Shown piece after piece: positions 46,064-58,727 of a DNA stretch of 64,000 bases. Source of the DNA: Fistulifera solaris (Eukaryota). The DNA is taken from positions 868,001 to 932,000 of the forward strand of contig AP026129.1 in assembly GCA_030295235.1 (NCBI GenBank), written 5' to 3'. Positions within the stretch are counted from its first letter, which is position 1; each line of letters starts with the position of its first letter. Below the pieces are notes generated by a model. It was not told where the DNA came from and did no database searches. It worked only from the letters and a program-made list of their open reading frames with translations. Both the position numbers and the translations under genes were made by a program.

Positions 46064-47504
46064 ATGAAAAAACAGAATTTTTATCTTTTAGCGACGTCAA
46101 CTTTGGCCACCCGTTCGTCAGCTCTTCCCTTTCGGGGACGTTCACCCAAAACGGAGGAGAACGGTCAAAAGAACGACGCAGTAAAGCTGTCGAACAATTC
46201 TTTGTTTCGGAAACGCCCGAAGCTTCGGCTGTGCTTCACCAAAGTGTTCACCAAGAAGCGACGGAGATTTTCGACTTTCTGGTCGACACACGACGCACCC
46301 TGCATCGACATCCGGAGCTCATGTACCAAGAAGAAGAAACATCCAAGACTGTTCAACAAATTCTCCGAGAACTTGACATTGAATTTACGACAGGTTGGGC
46401 TGTCAATACCAATCCAGATGTTCATCCGGGTCCGGGCGGCTACGGAGTGGTTGCCGATATTGGAACAGGAACGGAGCCGTGTATCTTGTTACGAGCCGAT
46501 ATGGATGCATTGCCCATTATGGAACAAACAAACGTCGATTTTAAATCGCAATATCCCAACAAGATGCACGCTTGTGGACATGACGGTCATACGACCATGC
46601 TGTTGGGAGCAGCTCGTTTATTGAAAGGAATGGAAAACAGTTTAAATGGCACCGTGCGACTGGTCTTTCAACCTGCTGAAGAAGGCGGGGCCGGAGCCAA
46701 ACGCATGCGTGAAGAAGGAGTGCTAACGCAACAACCGAAACCGGCCTTGGCCATGGGTATGCATGTTTGGCCTACCTTGCCTTCCGGTGTCGTTGCCGCC
46801 CGACCAGGGCCGTTGCTGGCGGCATGTGAACGATTTGAGATCACGTTGCAGGGCGTAGGAGGACATGCTGCCATGCCACATCTCGTAACGGATCCGATTG
46901 TGACGGGGGCGTCTATTATCATGAATTTACAGACCATTGTTTCTCGCAACACCAGTCCACTGGAGGCTGGAGTTTGTAGCATCACAAAGTTCGAGGCCGG
47001 TTCAGCATTTAACATTATTCCTGATTCGGCTATTATTTGGGGAACTATCCGTGCTCTAAGCACAGAAACGTTGTTGGAATTACGCGACAGGGTGCAGCAC
47101 ATCGTGCAATCAACAGCGACAACGTATGGATGCAACGCGACCATCAAATACAGCCCTGACTACTATCCACCAACTGTGAATGATCCTGCTTTATTCGAGT
47201 CCCTTTCGAAAGAAGTAGGTGCACTGGTGTCGGAGGAGGGAAGATTGAGAGAAACGGAGCCCACCATGGGCGCCGAAGATTTTTCATTTTTGCCGAGAGC
47301 ATACCCAGCACCTTTTATCTTCTGGGACAAGGCAGCGGACAAGTGCCACCTACGAACTACGGTTTACATCATCCCCAATTCGCTCTAGATGAATCCGTCC
47401 TTACGAGAGGCGTGGAACTACACGTCAATTGGGCGGTGCACGCTCTCAAGAAGCTGGCCGAGAATGACGAAACGAGTCGGCAAATAAGGACTGGTGAATT
47501 ATAA
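46064..47504 (+). CDS. M20D amidohydrolase (IAA-amino acid hydrolase/ILR1-like)
   Basis: RRTLHRHPEL, LRADMDALP, MHACGHDGH, FQPAEEGG, GGHAAMPH, GAEDFSF. An indel near 47290 restores LHHPQF..TGEL*. The 5' end is uncertain. Confidence 0.9.
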
Positions 47505-47646
47505 CAAGAAAGGTTGTATATTTTCATGAAAGGTCAACAAAAGCATTATTTATTTGTCCATAGCCGGCGCTTTTGTGTGTGTTCTCGACTCATTTCTTAT
47601 TCTCAATGACGTAGAACGGAACGAAGTAAAAAGAATGTACAAGTCT

Positions 47647-49081
47647 CTATCCCTTTTCTACAAATTTATCTTTGATGTGCGCAGCTACATGAAACCCCGA
47701 CAAAGCTGCCGCTTCAAACCCAGGACATCGATTAGAGCAAAAGTCACCGGCATAGTAAAGTCGCAGGTCATCGTCAGCTACAAAGTCTCTCCCACTATCA
47801 GTAACTTCGTGTACCAGTGGTTTATTCAATTTTGCGGCAAACCGATCACCTGCCACGTGATGAATGTCATCGCACAATTCCTCTGCCACCGGCAGGCCTG
47901 ATCCCCAGCGTTGAGCTTGCATGTAGACCACATTTGGCTGTTCAGTGAGAAATGACTGAACAGTTTGAAGGAATGCATTGAACAGAGTGGGTCCAGGAAC
48001 AGTGTTCAAGTAGTCATTTTGTTGGGGTTTGAAGGCACCCGTCTCCCGATCTTGTGTGATTTCTTGAAGAGCGTAGGACGGTGTTGAAATCAATGTCCAG
48101 CATTCGGGTCCATCGGACGAAAACCCTGGCTTTGATTGACTACAGGCGGCAAACCAGAGAGGTGAGGACGGAGAAGCATCGACAAAGGCATCTAGTGGAA
48201 TCAAATGGCGAATAGGCTTCATGAAGTAGGCATCCGGTGAGCGGCGTCATGGACAAAGAAGAACACAAACAAACACGACAAACCTTTTCGAAAGCTATCA
48301 TACACGAGAAAAGAGGCATGCGAACTTTTTTCGGTAGATGTTGAAACAACTCATCGGGTATGCCGGCGCTGGCACGATGCCAATCGCCTGACGCTGAGGA
48401 AATATCTGTGAGAACAACAGCATCATAAACTCCTAGACTCGCCAGATCGGTAGTCGCTTCGTTTGTATCATGATACGCTTGATTTCCTGTAGCTCCGAAC
48501 AATTCCCATTGGTTATCTTTGCGCTTTATTTGACATACACGAGTACCTTTTTCCACTGCGGCTCTTGAAGATTGCAACAAACGGCGAGGCAATTGATGCA
48601 TACCGCCAAGCGCAATATACACAGGACTACTCTCAGAAGCAATTCCGAAGAAATCGAACGCATCGGACTTCCCTGCTGGGAGAAAGCCAAAGGATCCTTC
48701 CCAAGGTGCGACCCAGACGCGTTCGCGCCATTGACTGACGATGCGTTTCATTTCTTCCGAATCGGCCCGGAAAAACTGACAGCCGTGATCAAATTCGTAA
48801 GTCGACTTTGTATTGTGTGACAGAGAGACATCATCTTCGATGATTTGTTTATCAGAAGCTCGAACAGACCGATGAGACGCTCTTCCACCGGGTCCACGTC
48901 GACCTTGATCAAACACGGTGACCTCTGCCTCCGATGCGAGTGCCGCTGCCGCACAGCTACCGGATATGCCACCGCCAACGATGGCAATCTTGGCTGCCAT
49001 TCTGGAAGAATCGGAAACAAGGGCCCTGGCGTGACGGTATCCGAAAAGCATCACTATCAAAGAAGCATGGCGATGCCGCAT
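47647..49081 (-). CDS. Renalase-like FAD/NAD(P)-dependent oxidoreductase
   Basis: IAIVGGGISG, VFDQGRRGPGGR, FDHGCQFF, AQRWGSGLP, AGDFC..EAAALSG. Intron at about 48283-48217. Confidence 0.85.
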
Positions 49082-49674
49082 GCTGTTTGCTGGAAAAATG
49101 AAAGTGGATGAACTTTCTTTTCTTTGTCAAGAGCTCACCGCCTGACCGTCTATCCTTCGCTGGACGGAGGAAGGAGGAAGGAGGAACTTGGAACAGGAAC
49201 GGCTTCCAATGCGTGTTCGGTGCGACAGAGAACATAGAAGAGTTTAACGGTAAAAAACAGCGATTTTTGATGTCACTATAAGAGAACCCAAGTCCGCCAC
49301 GTATGGTGCGACAGTAGATCAATTTGTGCTTAAGTTCGTTTTCATTTTTGTTCAACAGAAATGTGACAGTCATTCGAAGCGAATTCGCAATACTTCAACT
49401 AGAGGGGGCAAGACTTATCACACTACCGATACATGGTACGGGGTACATGGTACAACGTACAACTCGTAGCCACGGTAAAACCTTGCTGCAGCCATTTACG
49501 CACCCTCGCTTCGAATCTCAGAAAAACTCAGATCTGTCGTTCTCCTAGTAAAGTTGGAACAAACAACTACTTCCTTTTTCAAAGTGAAACTTAAAAAAAG
49601 ACCATAAAAAGGCTCCAGATTTCGAAGCGTTAATCCAAGAAAATCGCGTTATTCGTGTTGAGAAAGTTTGCAGT

Positions 49675-52361
49675 ATGAGCCGATTCGTTCGGGGCCTCTT
49701 ACCTGCATGGGTCTACGTCTGCTGCTGGGCAAGAGCAATGGCGTTGAAATGCGAAGTAGATGCCGATTGCGAGTCAGGCATGGCGCCAGGTTCTATCTGC
49801 CGAAAAGACAACACATGCAGCAATCCATTTGAGAGTGGCTGTCTCTATCATAAACTTCCATCCTGGAAGAAGAAACGAGTTTGCAATTCGGAGGACCCTC
49901 CGGACGCGGTCGCGCGAGGAATCTGTCGCATGTCTAGTTTTGATTATATGGAACTTCGAATATTTTCTGAAAATTGGGAATCTGTCTTTTTTGAAGCCTG
50001 GATATTGCAAGTTATTCTCAGCGAGATGTTAGACGTGCCCAGCACCATAGAAACGGGTAGTTACGAGGCTCGACTGAACTTGTATCACCCCGATAGCCCC
50101 TTCGAGTACGGCCCCAGCAATAATTTTGAGGTGCTAAAAACGGAAACATGCTTGGAGATTGTCGTAAGGCTCGCAAAGGCCCCGAAGACTATCAGCCTTG
50201 CGCTCATTTCGTCCCGGAAGTGTGGGATATAAGTTCATTTACCTACATGGAAGATCAGGTTGAAAGTCAAGCAGAGCCTTTGTTAAGTATGGGCATTCTA
50301 GGTCAAGAAGGATGGTTCGTGACGAAGTTTACGGTGGAAGCTGATCCATCGCTTGGTACATATTTGGGATTAGTGGGACAGAACGAAAAACTAGCTGAGA
50401 TGTTCTTGAGACCAACGACATGGAAAGACTATTGCGAAAAGGTATCGCTGAATGGCTGCTCGGTTCCCGATGGTACAGCGCAACGAGCGCCAATAACGGA
50501 CGACGAGGAAGATCGAATGTTTGTCGAAGGCTTGTACACCGGCTTCTTTCGCAAAACCGAGGAAAACGATTGCACCATACCAGGCAAGAATTGCACAGGG
50601 CACATGGCCGACTATCCGTGCTCTTGGTTATCTTTCATGGAATCCCAAGCGTATCACTTTAATATTCCCGTAAGCAGCAGCGGAAACCAAATGGGATCGA
50701 GAGGCTATAGCCACAGTCAGTTAAAAGAAATTTGGCGTGCGGCAAACGCAACCCGGTCGAATTGTATGGCTTATTGGTGGTTTCCTGAAGCCTTGTACCA
50801 CGAATTTAGTGGAACCGACGCCGAGTTTTTCAAAATAACACTACCTCCTGCGACTCGAGAGTGCTATCGTGCTAAGCAACGGCTTGAATTGATGTGTACG
50901 GCAACGAGAGAGGAGAGACTAGGGACTCCCGAATCTGCGTGCGATAATCAGCCCGACTTAATCGACAAGGCAATAGCCAAGTCCCTGCATGATCTTACTT
51001 ACAAGAATAGCTTTGGCGAGAATGAGGCATCTACAAGTCCTGGTTACGAAGTGTTGAAGTTGTTTACAATCGACAACTTCCACTTATCCGACATTTACAG
51101 TTATTGGGAAAAGAAGCCTAGCCCACGTGAGGCTGTTTGCCAGTGGATTGTTGACAACATGGAGTATGTGGAACGCTTTATTCCCCCCTCATATCCTAGA
51201 ACGACTCAAGCGATGAACGAGAAGAACAATCCTCTTCTTTACGCGAGTATCGGTGCCGGGTCATTGGCTACTACTCTTGTGGCTCTGACAGCCACTGTCA
51301 TTTGGCGTAAAAGACGCCAACGACCGGTAGTAGTTGCACAAGTTGAATTCTTGATGTTGGTCTTGTCGGGCGCTGGGATTTTAGCTGTCGGGTCGATTTT
51401 AGCTGGAGCAATGCCGAGTAACAGAAGCTGTGTGGCTGCTTGGTGGTTGATTCTGTTCGGTTACACATTAGAACTGATTCCGTTGATTGTTAAAATGACC
51501 GCTATTCATCGCGTCGTATCGGCCGCTAAACGCTTACGTCGGATTGTACTAAAGCGAACCTCGCTTTTGGGAGCTGTTGGTGCTGTTTGTTTCTTGGTTG
51601 TTATTTATCTTGCAGTTTGGACAATAGTGGACCCGCCTCGTCGAACAGAAGAGCTCTTCCTATCGGAGAGTCGGAATTCTCAAGGATTAGTAATCGTCGA
51701 AACTAGCTACTATTGCAGATCAGGAAATATGGCATGGCCTTACATTGCGACGGGATGGATCGTGATGCTTTTGGTATGGGCATCACTTATCGCATTTCAA
51801 GCGAGGAAGGTGGATAAGGATTTCAATGAGTCTCGGACGTTGGCATTTATGATTTATTCTCATTTCGTTTTCATCACACTCGTCGTCGTGACGTATGGTC
51901 TGTCAGGCGAAGTAAACGAGACGACACTACGACGAATGAGAAGTCTGATTTTAAGCGTCGATACGATGTCTGCTCTTTGTATCTACTTCTTGCCCATTCT
52001 GACCGACGACGGAACTTCCTCAAGACTCGGCAGAGAGGTTTCTGGGTTACACCAGGAAACCAATGGACGGGCTAATGCTTTTGAGAGAATAAGGGGTGCT
52101 CTTGCATCCGGGCTTTCATTAATATCAGCAGTTGAGCAGGTTGATGCAAATGACACTGCGGAGAGTGAACGGGTGGAGGACAAGGAGCAGGGACCACCGC
52201 AGCCGTTTGAACGAATAAGAGGTGCTCTTGCCTCCGGACTTTCATTAATATCGGCAGTTGAAGAGGTTGATAGTAGTGACGCGTTAGACAGTGAACAAGT
52301 AAAGAAGCAAGAAAGGGGCATTATGGAGTCGCCAGCCATCGAACAAGCTACCGAACGATAG
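49675..52361 (+). CDS. Class C (7tm_3, GABA-B-like) GPCR with a large Cys-rich, solute-binding-like ectodomain
   Basis: Signal peptide, long ectodomain, seven hydrophobic helices with AQVEFL, WTIVDPP and FNESRTLAFMIYSHF. Indel near 50143. Confidence 0.85.
52080..52271 (+). repeat. Direct repeat of 66 bp (126-bp period) in the GPCR C-tail
   Basis: FERIRGALASGLSLISAVE(Q/E)VD at 52080-52145 and 52206-52271. Confidence 0.9.
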
Positions 52362-53250
52362 ACCAAGGGCAGACACATGATCAATGACATCATTTTTCTC
52401 TTAGTTGTCTTTGGTAAGCCGCAAGTTGGCATTTCAGTCATATATTGAGTTTTATTCGTTATGCTCGTATGTATATATGTTTGGTGAAGGTCGAAAACAA
52501 CGGACAGCAGGATCTAAGCTCGGCCCGCCTAACTCTGCTCTAAACTCCTTATTTCTTGCTTTACCGTGACCAGAGGTCAGTAGAGTCCGCGACTTTTAAC
52601 CGCGATTGCATTTCAGTTACGGATCCTGATGTCTTGGCGCGAATAATAACAACTTAAACATCCTATCGTTCTCCCAACTTGTTAAGTTACAATTGGATCT
52701 TTTTTGATGCAACTACTACCATCAGTGTAGCCTTTGCAACGCATGCCTTAAATTTGTGGACCGTTCGTTTCCGTATCTACTATAGACCCAAAGTGTTGTC
52801 CGGTTTTTGCCACGACTTCATTTCAGTCATTATTCATGACTTTCCCAGCAGACTCTTTACCTAACTAACCCTCCTAGCCCTCGTGCATCCTGCTATCTGC
52901 AATTGTCTTTGACGTGTTGTATTATCTTTTAGCAGGCTTTGAAACGCACTCCTCGATATCTGATGCCGTATATCCTTGCGAATTGATTGCTTAGGAATTT
53001 ACTATAGATGATTCAAATCTAGGCTACCTTTCTGCACGACTGCAAATTCAGTCATAAGTCATAATGCCTGTCTTGGTTTGGATCCTGTGGGAGTGTGCCG
53101 TAAACAGTAGAAGGGTCACAATGTCACACGAAAAAGTCTCTTTTGAAAATCTTCGCCATGGCAACCTTTGGCATCGAATTCAAGACCAAAAGTCAACAAG
53201 GTATCAATTGCTGGAGAGAGCTAACTGAACATTAAGAACTGCATTACACC

Positions 53251-54219
53251 ATGCCGGAAGGGGAAAAACCAAAAGTTCGGTTGACCGTTGCGGCGCAATG
53301 GGACGACAGTGTCGTTCACTCCAGTGATTACGCCGATCTCCCTCCCGAATGTGGCACCCATGCTCCGCTTCTCATTGCGGCGGCATCGTTCTGTCAACTG
53401 TACGTTGAGAATGCGCTAGCAATGGGCACAACAATCCAGCGGATGCATGTGACTGCCAAATCGAAGTGCAATATGACTCGCTTTTATCGAAAAGCATACG
53501 ATCGTGATTCGTCCGATCCTTGGAAAGAAATGGAACTGAATGCTCAAGTGGAAGCCGACATGCCCGAGGATGATCTACAATGGCACAAGGATGCCATATT
53601 GAAGAAGTACGCGGCACGAGAAGTGAATGATGAGCATTTCACCATCGAAGTCGGCATTCAGGTCGATGATGTGACGGATACTGGTGCCGTCGTTCCCAAA
53701 ATCAAGTCACGCGTGGATTACGACTCTTATGAAGCCATAGCGAATGGCACCGATCCGATTGAAAAAGAACAAAAGGTAGTCTGTTTGTGGGAAGCTACCA
53801 AGCCAGATGTCATTACGACGACGTTCGACGGTGACGTCACGACTGAGCTGAGCAGCCAAGAGAATGTGAACATTGGTGAAACACCGGGTAATCTTCCCAC
53901 ACCTATTTATGCTTACTTGTACGGTATATTGTCGCAATTCATGACTTCCATGGCCATGCGGATGGCGTCTCGCGATATGGGGTTGGAAAAATTCACCGGA
54001 ACCCTTTACACCATTCTCATGAACGGAAATAAGAATTATGATGACGGCCTCGATCCTTTGGTATTTGACATCAATGGAGGCAAAATCAATTTAGATATTG
54101 TGGGCGATGCCTCTGCGGATAAGGTTCGATTTGCGTTCGAGGAAGCTCAGTCTATGACGCCGACGTACTTGGCCGCCAGCGGATGTATTGACACCAATCT
54201 CGAGTTATCAAAATTGTGA
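53251..54219 (+). CDS. Tandem OsmC/Ohr-like fold protein, degenerate
   Basis: Two similar halves (DLPPECGTHAPLLIAAASFC and GETPGNLPTPIYAYLYGILSQF), each followed by a strand and helix pattern like OsmC. The 5' end may extend to ATG 53158. Confidence 0.5.
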   Translation: MPEGEKPKVRLTVAAQWDDSVVHSSDYADLPPECGTHAPLLIAAASFCQLYVENALAMGTTIQRMHVTAKSKCNMTRFYRKAYDRDSSDPWKEMELNAQVEADMPEDDLQWHKDAILKKYAAREVNDEHFTIEVGIQVDDVTDTGAVVPKIKSRVDYDSYEAIANGTDPIEKEQKVVCLWEATKPDVITTTFDGDVTTELSSQENVNIGETPGNLPTPIYAYLYGILSQFMTSMAMRMASRDMGLEKFTGTLYTILMNGNKNYDDGLDPLVFDINGGKINLDIVGDASADKVRFAFEEAQSMTPTYLAASGCIDTNLELSKL

Positions 54220-54662
54220 GACGTTTGTTTGTAAACTTCATGGATGTGTTCTGTGTCCTTTTACAGGAAACACTGGTCCACGTTGTCGTTATCAAAATGC
54301 GTCGAGTGCCGAGCTAGGGTCAAATCTTTTGCTGGATATTGCTCGCGGCTCGCAACTGGTTAAAAGGCGCTAGAAATGTAATGAAATAAATATGAAATTG
54401 TACTTGGAAGTACTTTAGCCACTACTATTAAAAAGTCTAAGCTCTGATGTTGAGGTTTGAAAAGAAGTGAAGCGCGCTGCGAGTGCTACCAGGTACACTG
54501 CGACATGGTCTGGGAATGAAGTTCGAAGACATTTTCAAAATTTGTCAGAAAAGGAATGACCCTAAAACAAGAAAGGTAAGATCAGGAACCAACAAAAGGA
54601 GTCCGATTCAAGCAATATTCAGTTATTGAGCTTTTTTAGAGCTTCGGGTAGAGAGTGGCACA

Positions 54663-56146
54663 ATGGCAGTCCCAAGCTCTGGCTCAATGCAACGGCAATC
54701 GGCTCGTAGAAGGACTTTGAATCGATGTCTGTGTCACATGGGACTTTGGTTGACCTTGATTCTTGCCGTCTATCAAGTTTTATGGAGTCATTATCTTGCC
54801 GGAATAAACGTCCCTGATATTGAATATGACAAGTTGACCGGGGAGAAGCGGATAAGGCGCAGGCCTCATAAACTGTTCAAGCGAGATCATGAAAAGCAGA
54901 TTGATGTGCCGACGTAAGTCATCTTTCCAATGTCGGCATGCGTACCCATTTGTTCGCCCCCCCTTCTACCGTACTCACCTCAATTGTTATTTTCATTCCT
55001 AGATCACCATTTGATGGTATTATGGAGAGCCACCTCAGTCTGATTAACATCAAAACGCCCACCTACGGCTTGAAAACCCAAGGCAGTCAGAAATATGCTG
55101 GGGTCAAAGCGACATTCTGTCATCTTTCTTGGCAACTCCAAGACAAAAACCCAACAAACGTTCCTACCTTCCAACACATACGCGATCTCAGCCCTCTTTG
55201 CTTGGGAACTCGATTTACCGTAGATTTATGGGAGATTACACGGCAGGCGGAGCAGTACGACTTGAGAAATCATACCTTTGTCGCAACCACGCCTCGGGAA
55301 GGACAAGGTCCACATCCACCAACGGCAGTTATCTTTCATCAAAGTCGTTGTGGTTCGACGCTTGTATCCAATATTTTCGCGGCTTTTCGTCCCCAACATA
55401 GCCGTGTTTACGCAGAAGCGCCGGCTCCTATCACTGCCTTACTAGCTTGTGATGATGTAGAATGCGATGAGGAAGCACAGAATGCTTTGATACAAGACGT
55501 CTTTTATATGATGGGGCGATCTCCTGGGCCGACATTACCGCAATATGTCTTTTATAAGTTTCAGGCGATTGGTGCGCAACACATGGCTTTATTCGAACGA
55601 GCCATGCCAAACACACCATGGATGTTTCTTTACCGCGATCCGACGGAGGTAATGGTGTCGCTTTTAAAGAATGTATTAAAAGGCGGAAATCCACTTGGTC
55701 GAAACTACTTACCGCACTGCCTCCGCAATTATGGAACCGCCCATCACCCAGAAGTTTTGACGAGTCTGGTAGAATCCAAGGGGAAACGAGTGGAAGATTT
55801 GACGAAAGAAGAGTATTGTGCGGCTCATTTGGCTACGTTGGGGGATACAGCGTTGCATCAGTATCAGCAGAAAAAAACAAGCAAGCGGTGGCTGATTAAT
55901 TACAGCGACTTGCCTCACGCAATATGGGAAACTGTTTTGCCCAGTATTGTCGGTCCTTTGTCGACGGAACAGCTCGAGGCTATGAGGAATGTTGCGAAGC
56001 TTGAGTCGAGAAATGGTAAAGTATTTCACGAAGATTCCCAAATGAAACAGGGTACCGCGACAGAAGAAATGAAACAGGCCACAAAGTTGTTTATGCAGCC
56101 GATATACGACAGCTTAGAAGCGGTACGCAAGGGAATACAGTTTTGA
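54663..56146 (+). CDS. Type II membrane sulfotransferase-like protein (PAPS-binding motifs)
   Basis: N-terminal TM helix, 5'-PSB-like FHQSRCGSTL and 3'-PB-like FLYRDPTEVMVS. Intron 54914-55002. Confidence 0.8.
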
Positions 56147-56202
56147 ATATGAAGGAAAAGTATTTATGAATTATAGAAATCTTCTCTGTCCAAGTCAGAT
56201 GT

Positions 56203-58189
56203 CTACTTTGCGACGAGTAAGCTCAATAGTAGTGGTTTGGCGAGAAAACCGTATTCTGATCGCTCACCGACATGCTCTCGTTCCGCTTCACGTTCAACGG
56301 CGCTGGCAACGATAGTCAATAATCCAGGATGGCGAGCCATAAAGGGTCTATTGGCGGGTTCAATAGCCAATCTTTCCATTGCTCTAATTGCAGAGTCACG
56401 TGCGCCGACGAGATCCTTCTCTTGGAATCTCGCACACGTCGTGAGAGCATCGAGAATAGCGCTCGTGCACATTTGCCTGCGGTTTTTGTCTTCATTCACG
56501 AGATGCATGATTGTGCGAACAGCATTATCCCGATCGCTCTTGGCTACGGTATCCGACAAACACATATCACATAGAGTATCCAGGACGCCAGGATGATTCA
56601 TCAGCACCTCTCGATTTTCGGGTTCCCTGGCCTTGACTCGTAGAACGGCCGCAACATTATTTTGAGTTTTGCTCAATGATGCCACAACAAGCGCGTTGAG
56701 CAACGCTTCGCGACAGTCCATATGAAAAAGAACACCATTCGCTATTTTGGTGAGTGCTAGAGCAGCTCTTGATTGTACTTCTGAATTTGGATCCTTGTAG
56801 GAGACAATCGCCAATGTGTTTAGAAGCCCTTGATGATTTCCGATGATCTCACAGGTATCTTCGCTGGCAAGGTTTGTCAAGGCGCCCGCCGCCCGACGCA
56901 TTGTCTTTGGATCATTACTGCTGGAAAGAAGTGTTTGTTTCAACGCCTCAAGAACAATACCCTCTTTGAATGATACAATGGGAAGACGATTTTCCTTTGC
57001 ATAGGACAAGTTCTGAATGGCAGTTATGGCAGACTCTCGAGTTGAATTTACTCCTTCAACAAGAATCATTTTCACGAGCGTAACTAACAAAGCATCGTCT
57101 TCCACCATACGTTTCTGATTTCCTGCTGAACTTGCTAGCTCAGCCAACGTAACGGCGGCGTAGTACCGAACTTGATCCGAACTATCGTAGTTGACAGCGC
57201 GAAGTACGCTCCCAACGATTTCTTTGCTGCTGAACACGATTTCTTTGTTGTCATCGCAATTCGCGATATTCGCTATGAATCGCATTCGAAGAACTCGGCA
57301 TTCGGACTGGGACACATTTGATTCGGAGACTAAGGCTGCGCTGATCCCTTTCAGTCGACACAAAGAAGCTCGCAAAAGGCTGCAGCGACCGAGATAGGTA
57401 AAAATACGCCAAATGTTCAATATGCTAACAGCAGCATTCGTCATGATCCCTGACTCGCATCGGCCGAGCAGTCGTAGCAACAACATAAGAAAATTAGCAG
57501 GTAATCGTTCGTAAGCAGCATGTACACACTTCGGAGACCCACGGAATACCATTTCAAGGGCTGAACAAACCATACGGATTTCGTCTTCGCTCGCAGCCAT
57601 GGCTAGCAACTTGGAAAGAGCATGCGCGGCTCCTTGTTCCAGTTCTAAATTGTGCATACCTTCATGATTGTGATCAAACATTTCACATGCCGTCGATATC
57701 GCAGCGATGCGTCGATCATAACCTTGACTGCGAACCAAATCTATGGACATTTACAGACAGCTTGAGACTTAAGAGATTTGTGCAACGAAACTATATTTGA
57801 TCCTTACCTTCGACTACCTTTCGCAATTTCTGTGGGTGATCTTTTGATTTTAGTTGCATAGACGCAGTGGCAACAACAAGTGTTTTCTGCTCTTCGAAGA
57901 ATTTATCGGAATAATCATATTTGCTGTTGTCACTGTTTCCAGTTGTCTTAGGAGATTGCTTGACCGTTTCCGATCCTCTGGGTGTAATTGAACTATATGA
58001 ATCGCGCTCTTCGCGTGCTTTAGTCCTTGATGAAGCAGATCTAGGTACGCCTCCTCCTTGCTGCATCGTTGCCGAGGAACTCGGAGTGTGATTGGTGACA
58101 ATTCTTCGAACGGCACTATCGTAGGATTGCGAGGAAACCAATGAACGATGCCGGTTCAAAGTTGAATGAAGACGCTTATTTGGCGTCAT
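56203..58189 (-). CDS. Armadillo-repeat protein
   Basis: Repeated ARM helices (AITAIQNLS, AAGALTNLA, AIRAMERLA). Intron 57807-57741 joins the two track ORFs. Confidence 0.85.
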
Positions 58190-58727
58190 GGATGTCTCCC
58201 TTTTGAAGTAAATGTTTTTACACAAATGATAGATCAATGGCCCGAGCGTTCATCACTTTGGCAATAGTTTCCTGTGTCTTCGATAACGCCTCGGACGGCG
58301 AATACTTTGCCCGCGCCGACGTGCACTATACACCAGACACTAACTCAACGCATGAGTTCCACCCAAAACAACAACGGTTTAAATGAGAAACCAGAATAGA
58401 GTTAAACAACAAAGATACATAGATCTGGTGCTTTTTTACTTACAGAAGTGGATCCTGTGTAAAATTTAATTACTACTTATTACTATTTGCAATATTGTTT
58501 CTCAAACCGTGATCGGGTACCGGATATGCAGACCAATCAATCGTTCATTTTTTCTTGTCATAGCAAAGAAAGATTCTCCTTTGCACTGAATTGCAGAAGA
58601 CGAGGATGCTACCCGCAACAGCCATCATCAAACTTTAGTAATGAATCGACCAAACTTGTATTAGCGTCCAAATAACGTATTTTAAACGACCTGACTGCTT
58701 GTGCGGCTCTAGCTAGCTCCATTCATT

